DNA of 64,000 nt from the IMG/VR virus record IMGVR_UViG_3300028591_000082, one strand, 5' to 3'. The notes under the pieces were generated by a model that was not told the DNA's origin, did not search any database, and saw nothing but the letters and a program-made list of their open reading frames with translations. A program made the translations under genes and the position numbers. Source of the DNA: a virus. Lineage: Duplodnaviria > Caudoviricetes. Positions within the stretch are counted from its first letter, which is position 1. Each line of letters starts with the position of its first letter. Below, piece after piece: positions 9,282-17,253 of the stretch.

Positions 9282-9476
9282 TTAAAAACGATATCCGACA
9301 CAAACAAAAAAGTCAATAATATTTGAAATTCTGTCACACTCAAAATATCTTATTGCTTTACCGTTTTTTATCATACGGATAACTTGGTAGACATTAAATT
9401 TCTTATTGGGAAATTTATCTGCCCTATAAACAACATCTTTGAAATAATTCAAAGTTCTCAAATTATTAAAAAGCAT
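9282..9476 (-). CDS. hypothetical protein
   Basis: 64 aa; AGGGGA RBS. Confidence 0.5.
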   Translation of the reverse strand: MLFNNLRTLNYFKDVVYRADKFPNKKFNVYQVIRMIKNGKAIRYFECDRISNIIDFFVCVGYRF

Positions 9477-9488
9477 ATTTTCCCCTGC

Positions 9489-9767
9489 TTAATTAAATAT
9501 TTTTATAATATCAGAAACAAGTTCTGCTTTCTCTTTTCCAAAGATTTCGATAACTTCTTGTGGCAATTTTGCCTCTAATTCGATAAGACTGAAAGTTGTT
9601 TTATCGTCTTTATGAATTTCAACTTCCTTCTTGGTCATTCCAGCCTTTCGCATCTCTTTCCAATGATTTGCTGCATTAAGTCTATTGAACTGACCATTTT
9701 CGTCTTTTTCTAAATTATAGAGAAGATGACAAATTTCTTTGTTTGAAAGTTTCTCGGTTTCTAACAT
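9489..9767 (-). CDS. hypothetical protein
   Basis: follows the box promoter at 9814. Confidence 0.7.
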   Translation of the reverse strand: MLETEKLSNKEICHLLYNLEKDENGQFNRLNAANHWKEMRKAGMTKKEVEIHKDDKTTFSLIELEAKLPQEVIEIFGKEKAELVSDIIKIFN

Positions 9768-9828
9768 TTTTACTTCCTTCTATATATATTATACACCGAA
9801 AAACTGAATTCAGCAGGGTGCAAATTTT

Positions 9829-10299
9829 TTAATAATCGAAAACTTTTTTCTGCTTAGAGTACTCTAAGTTCGACTTAGAAGTATCTCCTTGCATTGTTGT
9901 ATTTATGATAGCACCTAACTCTTCCAATGGAAGTTTCTCTTCGTTTTCAGAATTCCATTTTTTGCATAAAGCGTAGTACTGTTTTAACATAGGAAGTATC
10001 TTCTTGTTGTATACAAGATAAATTGCTTTCTGTGTTTTATCGTCGTTCCAATTTGTATTGTTCGCAGAACCAGTTTTCTTTGCAAGAGAAACGACGCTTC
10101 TAAAAATTTCCTTTACTGTAGCTTGATCACTTTTAAAAAGCTGTTCCTTCATTTCTGCAAGGTCTTTATCAAGCTTCTTTAATGCATAAGTAAGTGTATC
10201 ATATATTTGACTTTCTTCAAGTATTTTAAGAGCCTCATTTTCGATCATAATTTCTTCGAATAAATCGGCTACCTCATTTATCAAATCATTAAGTTTCAT
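9829..10299 (-). CDS. hypothetical helical protein (start revised to MKLNDL)
   Basis: ORF track. Confidence 0.65.
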   Translation of the reverse strand: MKLNDLINEVADLFEEIMIENEALKILEESQIYDTLTYALKKLDKDLAEMKEQLFKSDQATVKEIFRSVVSLAKKTGSANNTNWNDDKTQKAIYLVYNKKILPMLKQYYALCKKWNSENEEKLPLEELGAIINTTMQGDTSKSNLEYSKQKKVFDY

Positions 10300-10319
10300 A
10301 AAATTAACTTTTTTAAATA

Positions 10320-11215
10320 AAGGCGAATATTTCGTCATTCGCATATGTTAGCGACTGCCCAAGTCCATCTTAACAAAACGCATTGGCTTCACTTTTCTCC
10401 ACTCTAGGCACCACAAGTAAGAGCCCCCAATGTTGTTTAGCATGTCTACCTTTGACAGTAGCAAGCACGACAATCCGTGCTCCACACTATGTTGGCTTTC
10501 AAGGAACTATCATAGGAATTATCTAGAATACCACACTTTCATTCCTTGCGTTAATTAACAATTCAACCAACAGAATTTGTTTTCCATTTCCGAATTACTT
10601 GGGAAACAACCTCTTTATCCGAAGACGAGAGGTTAGTATACAGGGTATTAAGGAGTCGAACCTTAACACGCCAAAACGCCTCAAGCAAGCTTGAAACACC
10701 TCGGCAACCACTTACCCTTACCATTTGCAAACAAGCTATACAATAATGTATTTAACCATTGCTGGCTTACAGAGGCTTACTGTAAATTAAGCTTGTCGAA
10801 TACCTTTTGTGCCAACCGAGTTGGCTACTGTGGTTGTTGATCTAATCTCACACAGCTTTTAATACCAAGAGTTTTCTGTCAGTTCAATAAAAGAACCTAT
10901 TGAAGTGGTATATTGGTAAACTCTTAACCGTTATTTGGCTTTCACGCTCTCTGTTTCAAGTACCACAGACATTGAGCTTTTGGAATGAGGAACTTCCTCA
11001 TGTTGCCACATAAACTTCAAACTTGCTTGCTATCCGATTTCCACGGACTACTAAACGCAATAGTTATGATCATAGGTATTCACGCCACCTTAGAATTTCC
11101 GACGGGTGTTTAGAACTTTTCCTTGTTCAATGGCGTAAATTTTATTTCTTTACGCAAGAATATATAAAGTTAGCCATTGGCACCGTTCACCAACATGATT
11201 AAGCTGCCTAGCATC
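10320..11215 (-). ncRNA. candidate large (~900 nt) structured ncRNA (copy B) with embedded tRNA-like domain at 10641-10718
   Basis: no ORF; many long-range helices (GCAAGCAAGTT/AGCTTGTTTGC, GAATACCT/AGGTATTC, CTGTGGT/ACCACAG, AAGAGTTT/AAACTCTT). Confidence 0.55.
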
Positions 11216-11217
11216 TG

Positions 11218-11379
11218 TTAAGGCTCCTTAGCACTAACTTCATTTCTAAATCCATAATAGTCAGCATATAAAGCCCACCATTCCTCTAAAGTTTTCTTTT
11301 GTTTTCTATATCGTAAATAGAAAAAGGCTCCAACTTCATGCTTCAAATCTTTTTCAAATTCCTTAATAGAAACTTCCAT
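11218..11379 (-). CDS. small hypothetical protein (53 aa, MEVSIKEFEKD...)
   Basis: translated by hand; below the ORF-track cutoff. Confidence 0.5.
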   Translation of the reverse strand: MEVSIKEFEKDLKHEVGAFFYLRYRKQKKTLEEWWALYADYYGFRNEVSAKEP

Positions 11380-11410
11380 TTATGTAAAATCGTTCCTATT
11401 AAGTAACTTT

Positions 11411-11484
11411 TAGTTCCTTGTGGGTTTGAACCACAGACCTTTCGGTTATCAGCCGAATGCTCTAACCAGCTGAGCTAAGGAACT
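11411..11484 (-). tRNA. tRNA-Ile(GAT)
   Basis: TTCGG-CTGATAA-CCGAA. Confidence 0.92.
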
Positions 11485-11539
11485 ATATACGGGCTGTTAA
11501 GAAGTCAAATCTTCCAAATAGCCGACAGACCAATAATGA

Positions 11540-11643
11540 CGGGGAACGCCTGAATCGAACAAGGCACCTCAAAAATCTCTCATCAATGAATTACAGAGCA
11601 AGACATCAACAAGAGTAGCGTACTACCATTATACGAATTCCCC
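11540..11643 (-). ncRNA. tRNA-like RNA with a 12-bp stem replacing the anticodon arm
   Basis: GGGGAAT/GTTCCCC acceptor; D arm CGTA/TACG; TTCGATT T loop. Confidence 0.55.
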
Positions 11644-11888
11644 AAAAAAACATACTACTTGCCAAAGTAGTTTCAGATGCAGGTGTTGCATCCGTTGATT
11701 ACCGAGAAAATCCTTATCGGACTGCACTGGATTCCAACTTGTCACCAATAACTCAACTTAACGCTCGTCAAGCCTAGTGCCCAGCCTTTCGGGGTACCTT
11801 GGGACGTCTCCCTCAAAACGGTACTTACTACGATTATCTACTTTCTCAGTCAAAGGTTGTCGTCCTGGCAACATCAACTAATGTTTAG

Positions 11889-11960
11889 CGGGCTCTGCTG
11901 GAGTCGAACCAGCCCACGCAGATTAACAGTCTGCAGTACTAACCGATATACGAAAAGCCC
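11889..11960 (-). tRNA. tRNA-Asn(GTT)
   Basis: GCAGA-CTGTTAA-TCTGC. Confidence 0.92.
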
Positions 11961-12154
11961 AAAAACTGCGATGTTGTGGCTATCCGCCTGCCTTTATCAT
12001 GTCTGCAAATTTCCCTGAGTTAAATTTGCTTTATTTAGGTGGAATGAGAACCACCACTACCTTTACAGGGTAGCACGCACAGTCTAATTCGTCAAACTAC
12101 TTTAAGCGCTATTTTCATTTAACTACTACCTGGCGACTTGTTAAATGCGATTCG

Positions 12155-12228
12155 TCTGTATGGTAGGATTCGAACCTACGGAATCTTGCTCCCAAAGCAA
12201 GTGGATTAGACCGCTCTCCCACACACAG
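12155..12228 (-). tRNA. tRNA-Pro(TGG)
   Basis: CTTGC-TTTGGGA-GCAAG. Confidence 0.9.
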
Positions 12229-12394
12229 ATAGCTAATTGCAAAATACTATATAGCTCATAATAATGTACATTTATGCCCGCAGTTTCGAGATTAATCCTA
12301 AGTCAGTACTATTCTTCCCAACTCGTATAGTTCGTCACACTTAGAAACAAATTAAGCGGCTATGAACTACTTCTCCCATATTTTGCAATTATAG

Positions 12395-12466
12395 AGCCTC
12401 CACTAGGAATCGAACCCAGATTCCGAGATTACAAATCACGTGTACTAACCGTTATACGATAGAGGC
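12395..12466 (-). tRNA. tRNA-Thr(TGT)
   Basis: CGTGA-TTTGTAA-TCTCG. Confidence 0.85.
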
Positions 12467-12555
12467 ATATTTGGTGAACCTGATTTCAGACTTCCCACCA
12501 AGAAGCCGCGATTTCAGACAGAACAGAGCACGCTTCAGATCAATCTCTGTCGTCG

Positions 12556-12636
12556 TGGAAGATATCAGAATTGAACTGATCTTTACTCGTCCCTTCCATT
12601 GTAGGCTTTAAGACGAGCCTCACCATAAGATCTCCC
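12556..12636 (-). ncRNA. tRNA-like RNA with enlarged anticodon domain
   Basis: GGGAGAT/ATCTTCC acceptor; ATCAG-TTCAATT-CTGAT T arm; CTCGTCTT/AGGGACGAG stem. Confidence 0.5.
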
Positions 12637-12639
12637 AAA

Positions 12640-12888
12640 TTATATATAAGTTCCTCTTTTAAAAGGAAGTTTAACATCTATATGTTCAGCAATAAGAGCA
12701 GCTTCTCCTAAATGCCCAACTACTCTTATTTCGGAAAACCTTTTTGCTTTATCTTTAAGGCATTTTGGAACTTCCACAGTAAAAGTTCCTTTTTTCTCGC
12801 CATCAATATCATAGCAAAGTGATATTTTATCGCCTTCTACATTAACAACTTTTCCTTCCAAAATAAAAGAATTAAGATTTCTTCTCAT
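12640..12888 (-). CDS. short SSB-like OB-fold protein
   Basis: NLNSFILEG...IRVVGHL...IAEHID resembles short SSB paralogs (recalled from spirochaetes, not searched). Confidence 0.5.
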   Translation of the reverse strand: MRRNLNSFILEGKVVNVEGDKISLCYDIDGEKKGTFTVEVPKCLKDKAKRFSEIRVVGHLGEAALIAEHIDVKLPFKRGTYI

Positions 12889-12889
12889 A

Positions 12890-12962
12890 TAGTCCCGAGA
12901 GGAGTTGAACCTCCGTCTCCTCCTTGAAAGGGAGGCGATACTAACCGTTGATCTACGGGACC
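12890..12962 (-). tRNA. tRNA-Glu(TTC)
   Basis: CCTCC-CTTTCAA-GGAGG. Confidence 0.9.
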
Positions 12963-13032
12963 ATAAAACCCTTTTGAGACCAGAAGCACCGCGAAAAGTC
13001 CGCGCCTTACGCTCACAGATCTCTGAGGGTTA

Positions 13033-13105
13033 CATTCCTTGCAGGAATTGAACCTTGCGTTTGTTGCTTGAGAGGCAACTGTCCTTACCATTAGACGAAA
13101 GGAAC
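13033..13105 (-). tRNA. tRNA-Glu(CTC), bulged T-stem
   Basis: GTTGC-CTCTCAA-GCAAC. Confidence 0.8.
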
Positions 13106-13112
13106 ATAAGAA

Positions 13113-13206
13113 TTACCAACTTAAGGACTTGAACCCTAATCCCGCGCCCCTTTTTCCCGCGACCCCACACGGATTTGCTGTCCTTTAGTGAGATCGTTTA
13201 TCGGTA
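13113..13206 (-). ncRNA. tRNA-like RNA (acceptor and T arm only recognisable)
   Basis: TACCGAT/GTTGGTA; TTAGGG-TTCAAGT-CCTTAA. Confidence 0.4.
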
Positions 13207-13384
13207 CTAGGGGGCACTGTGCCCTGTACACCACTTGATAATGAGCTTCCAAAATTAGCCAGCTTCGCTACAGAAACTCCAGTTGTTTCGTTTGCAACCG
13301 AAAAACAACCTTTTTACATACTTTTTATTCGTAAGTATCAAAACGAGTTAGTTTCCGATTTACTTAAACTAACAAATAAGGTGA

Positions 13385-13457
13385 CGGTCTGTGCGAGAGT
13401 TGAACTCGCCATCTCCGCAGTGACAGTGCGGCGTGATAACCGATACACTAACAGACC
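13385..13457 (-). tRNA. tRNA-Asp(GTC)
   Basis: CCGCA-CTGTCAC-TGCGG. Confidence 0.92.
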
Positions 13458-13475
13458 ATAAAATCATTTCTTTTA

Positions 13476-13547
13476 TATCCCAACTAGGATTCGAACCTAG
13501 ATCTCCACTCTTAACGAGCAGAATGCTAACCGTTACACCATTGGAAC
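13476..13547 (-). tRNA. atypical tRNA, nominal anticodon TTA
   Basis: full cloverleaf; loop CGTTAAG (G33, possible C32-G38 pair). Confidence 0.55.
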
Positions 13548-13806
13548 AACCTAAACTAGTAAGAGGGTTAACGCGTATTTCTCTTAGTCGGCTTGAGCAG
13601 GGAAAAGAAAATATGCTCGTGCCTACTAGTTTGGTAGTTAATTAGTCACGCAGACGGCATTTGCCGACACTTCTGGTTTGCCAACTACCTATGCTCACGG
13701 ACTCTAACCGTTTCTTAGTGCATTGAAGTTACAAGTAAGTTTTCCTTACTCTTATATTATACACCGTAAATCTGAATTTAACAGGGTGCATAATTTTTTG
13801 GTTTCG

Positions 13807-13880
13807 TGGAGCGGGGGAGCATCGAACTCCCAACCTCATGATTGCAAATCACGTATTCTAGCCAATTGAACTACCGTCCC
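13807..13880 (-). tRNA. tRNA-Ala(TGC)
   Basis: G3-U70; loop TTTGCAA. Confidence 0.9.
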
Positions 13881-14036
13881 AAATAAAGTGATCTTTTGGT
13901 ATCATACATACAGATACATTATAGCAGGTAATCACATTGAGTTTTTGCAATACAAACAAAAACAACCTTTAGTTCATGTAGTTAGACTTCTACCAACTAA
14001 TCTCGTTCTCCTAGTGTCTAATTCAAACGAGCGGCT

Positions 14037-14125
14037 CGGTTGGATGGAGAATCGAACTCCAGCTACGCTCATCACGCAGGACAATTTTCAAGATTGCTAC
14101 CCATGCCAACTAGGTGTTCCCAACC
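14037..14125 (-). tRNA. tRNA-Ser(TGA)
   Basis: GCAAT-CTTGAAA-ATTGT; long variable arm. Confidence 0.85.
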
Positions 14126-14211
14126 ATTATTCAAACAAAAGAACCTAGTAAAGCATCACGGTACCATTGCAACAATGCATAACGACTTATATACTGATCC
14201 CTTTGTTTTAA

Positions 14212-14293
14212 TGGGCAGTGGAGGACTCGAACCTCCAAGGCACAAAGGCGACAGGGTTACGGCCTGCTCAGCTACCATTACTGTCAACTACCC
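14212..14293 (-). tRNA. tRNA-Tyr(GTA)
   Basis: GCAGG-CCGTAAC-CCTGT (C33). Confidence 0.85.
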
Positions 14294-14602
14294 ATAATGT
14301 CCGATGCGGAGTAGCCGCTTTAAAGGCGCTCGTTGTACACGCACCTAGCTTGCAAGGTCTGGGTTGTTATTCAAAACAGATAGTAATTAGGATTTCTACT
14401 ATCACCTTTACTGGTAGGTACAAGCCGCTAAACTTGCAGTCCTCGCCTTGGCAGTTCTCGGGAAGAGGAGTGCCCCCTTAACCCGCATACTTTTAGTAAC
14501 TACTGCTTAAATTTTCTCTTTAGTTTTTTAACCTTGACATAAGCCAAGGTAGGCTAGACTATCCCTACTCGCTTAGCCTAGCTGGGTCAGAACACACCCG
14601 TT

Positions 14603-14848
14603 TTAGTCAAAATAATACCAATCACCTCTCGGTGAAGGTAAACCTTTTAAGAGATATCTTTCAATCTCTTCGTCTGTACAATCTATAGAAATTTTATTTA
14701 ATTCAGATTTCTGTAGATTTCTTCTCTGCTTACGCTGTTCTGCATGAAAACCTACTACTGATCTTCTGTAGTAACGGTAAGTATATCTCTTTCTTCTTGT
14801 ACAACCACGAGTTCCGTGATCTTGCTTATTAGGTTTATTTTTATACAT
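14603..14848 (-). CDS. small Arg-rich basic protein
   Basis: ORF track; AAGGAG nearby. Confidence 0.6.
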   Translation of the reverse strand: MYKNKPNKQDHGTRGCTRRKRYTYRYYRRSVVGFHAEQRKQRRNLQKSELNKISIDCTDEEIERYLLKGLPSPRGDWYYFD

Positions 14849-14880
14849 AACCTAAGTCATAAGCAACTCCTTTAATTTAG

Positions 14881-14954
14881 TCGGCGTGAGAAGATTTGAA
14901 CTTCCACTTTACAGATTCTAAGTCTGCTCCCTCTACCAGTTGGGGTACACACCG
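14881..14954 (-). tRNA. tRNA-Leu(TAG), short variable loop
   Basis: GCAGA-CTTAGAA-TCTGT. Confidence 0.85.
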
Positions 14955-15042
14955 ATAATCACATTCGTTAGGTAGAATGTGGTAGACCACGCCATGCTTA
15001 CGAATGGCAATTATCCTTAGATACTTCCGTCTAAGTCGGATT

Positions 15043-15126
15043 TGCCAAGAGAGGGACTCGAACCCACAAACTCTTACGAGCACAGCCACCTCAAGGCTGC
15101 GTGTTTACCAATTTCACCATCTAGGC
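15043..15126 (-). tRNA. tRNA-Leu(GAG)
   Basis: CAGCC-TTGAGGT-GGCTG. Confidence 0.9.
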
Positions 15127-15194
15127 ATATAAAAGGGTAAAGCGTGTTAGGCTTCCCCTTAATGATTAAGCTCTTGGCAAAACCATCTCTCTTG

Positions 15195-15278
15195 TCGGCC
15201 TGGAGAGACTCGAACTCTCAATCCTTACGGCGTCCGATCTTAAGTCGGATGTGCATACCAAAATTCCACCACAGACCG
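15195..15278 (-). tRNA. tRNA-Leu(TAA)
   Basis: TCCGA-CTTAAGA-TCGGA. Confidence 0.9.
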
Positions 15279-15335
15279 AAAAATAATGAACGACTTCTAA
15301 TACTGGAAGGAAGTCTAGCAGACGCACAGGACAAT

Positions 15336-15392
15336 AAAAAAGGCTTCTGAGTTTTAACATCAGAAGCCTTAGAATTCGAAATTAAGACTTCT
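15336..15392 (-). terminator. attenuator 2: terminator plus antiterminator
   Basis: terminator AAGGCTTCTGA/TCAGAAGCCTT-TTTT; AGAAGTCTTA, starting at the leader stop, can pair instead with TAAGGCTTCT. Confidence 0.8.
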
Positions 15393-15487
15393 CATGTTAG
15401 ATATGGTTCGTCTGCATCATTATATAATGATGTTGCGAGAGAATTAAGAGAAATAATAGAACTGTAAGTAATAATATTCTTTTCCAT
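15392..15487 (-). CDS. leader peptide 2, MEKNIITYSSIISLNSLATSLYNDADEPYLT
   Basis: TAAGGT RBS; lies between a consensus promoter and the attenuator; codons match downstream tRNAs. Confidence 0.8.
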   Translation of the reverse strand: MEKNIITYSSIISLNSLATSLYNDADEPYLT

Positions 15488-15529
15488 ATCTATACCTTAT
15501 ATTTATATTTATCTTTACGCTATAGAAAA

Positions 15530-15558
15530 ATTATAACATTAAAAAATAAAAATGTCAA
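15530..15558 (-). promoter_or_regulatory. consensus sigma70 promoter
   Basis: TTGACA-17 nt-TATAAT with TG extension; the same class occurs at ~21482-21510, 24633-24661, 63757-63785, 63873-63901. Confidence 0.85.
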
Positions 15559-16062
15559 CTATTTTCTATATTTCATTTTGAACCAAGTCCTAATGATTTT
15601 ATTCTCGTTTTTTCTAAAGAAAGCGTAGAAATCTTTTTCAGAAAGACCCAATGGCAAATGTAATCTTCTTACTACCATAGAAAGCAGATCCCAATCGCTT
15701 AGATTCCACTTTCTTCTTGTTTTATTATATAATTTGTAATCTTCATAAAACTCTTCGTTCCACACTTCTTTTTCGAAATCTTTTCTTATTGAAGAAAGAT
15801 TTTCACTAAAGTAAGAACCACCATCTGAAGCCCAACTATAATTATCATTCCAATTAACATTTCTGTCAACTTTTCTGTTTACAAATTTATCGTCAGGGTT
15901 TCTATTAGTTTCATAAATATTACAATCACGATATTCTGCAATACATTCTTTAAGAATTTTATTATCGTGAATTCTTCTATTCTTATTATAAATAGTTCTA
16001 TCTTTTTTATCGCTAGAACCAGTTATATTAAGTCCACCATTTTTCTTATAACTTCTGCTCAT
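15559..16062 (-). CDS. hypothetical basic protein (MSRSYKK...)
   Basis: AGGAG RBS. Confidence 0.7.
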   Translation of the reverse strand: MSRSYKKNGGLNITGSSDKKDRTIYNKNRRIHDNKILKECIAEYRDCNIYETNRNPDDKFVNRKVDRNVNWNDNYSWASDGGSYFSENLSSIRKDFEKEVWNEEFYEDYKLYNKTRRKWNLSDWDLLSMVVRRLHLPLGLSEKDFYAFFRKNENKIIRTWFKMKYRK

Positions 16063-16216
16063 AGTTTTCTCCTATGTTAGAAATTATTCTTTTTTGTTTT
16101 TTCCAAAGAAAAAAGCAATGTTTAAACTTATTAAAATAGCAGCACCTACTACAAAAAGAAACAAAGTCATATTTTCCTCCTTATTTTTTTGTTGTGATAC
16201 TTTTTTAATAATATAT

Positions 16217-16290
16217 TGGCGCTGACAGGGCTCGAACCTGCATAAATCTGATTAGAAGTCAGAGTGGCATCCAGTTGCCTACACAGCGTC
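16217..16290 (-). tRNA. tRNA-Arg(TCT)
   Basis: TCTGA-CTTCTAA-TCAGA. Confidence 0.88.
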
Positions 16291-16502
16291 AAAAAAGCCA
16301 AACCTCCTACTTGCCGCCCCCTCGTGTTTATACTCACGAATTATTCAAGGACTTATCGCAGATCCTATAAAGTGCGCACGGATCCGCGGGGTTAATCAGG
16401 TCTGTTCCTCAAAAGTGCCGAGCACTCTCTTGAATGCGACCCTGTTCTACACTTGGCTTACATTTATAAGGAATTGTTCTAGAATTTTCCATATAAACAT
16501 AG

Positions 16503-16573
16503 AGGTTCAGGTGGGAGTCGAACCCACATTTCCGACATACTCGTCAGCGTTCTTACCATTAAACTACTCAACC
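16503..16573 (-). tRNA. tRNA of undetermined identity (6-nt anticodon loop GAGTAT)
   Basis: good D and T arms; defective anticodon loop. Confidence 0.5.
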
Positions 16574-16678
16574 ATAAGAAGGGCTCATTTTAATCACCAC
16601 AGTGTCATTGCCCTTCGCCCATATATTTATACTGCGTTGTGGCTCTTTGCAGTTTATAAGTAGACTTGCTACTCATAG

Positions 16679-16752
16679 TCCTCCCAGATGGAATTGCACC
16701 ACCGACCAACGGCTTATAAGGCCGCTGCTACTAACTGCTGAGCTATGGGAGG
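16679..16752 (-). tRNA. tRNA-Ile(TAT)
   Basis: GCGGC-CTTATAA-GCCGT; T loop TGCAATT. Confidence 0.8.
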
Positions 16753-16845
16753 AAAAAATTAACTTCCTTATATATATATTATACACCCTAAAACTAAGTT
16801 TAACAGGGTGCATAAATTTTTGGTTTCAAAAACAAATAATAAGGT

Positions 16846-17154
16846 TTACTTATTATCAGAATTTTCTGTAACATCTTGGTAGTTCATTTCGATTTGAGTA
16901 TTAACTTCTGTAGTTCTAGTATAGTTAATATTCTTCATTGCTACAGCAAAATTTACATCATAGCATTTCTGACAATTATAAGCCGCAACCATACTTCCAA
17001 CAGAAGCAAGTAAACAAACTCCAAGACCAGCCAATACTCCTTTCCATTTTAAACTTTCATCAACCGCTTTAATTCCAATATAAATTAAAACTACAACTAA
17101 TGGTATGATAAAAAATACCGACACAACTACCCAAAGACATGCCGCTCCAGTCAT
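16846..17154 (-). CDS. two-TM membrane protein (start revised to MTGAAC)
   Basis: two hydrophobic segments; AAGGAG RBS. Confidence 0.65.
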   Translation of the reverse strand: MTGAACLWVVVSVFFIIPLVVVLIYIGIKAVDESLKWKGVLAGLGVCLLASVGSMVAAYNCQKCYDVNFAVAMKNINYTRTTEVNTQIEMNYQDVTENSDNK

Positions 17155-17253
17155 AAAATCTCCTTCAAGTGATGAATAAAATATTCTCAAAAAAAATATT
17201 TTATTCATCACTTGATGATATAATTATATCACCAAGTGATTTTTTTGTAAATA

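Noticed and set aside
7621-16871. ORF-track entries on either strand that overlap tRNAs (e.g. 7621, 8571, 12885, 14040, 14218, 14877, 15144, 15166, 16415, 16602)
   Set aside because: They are translations of tRNA genes or their antisense, with no RBS.
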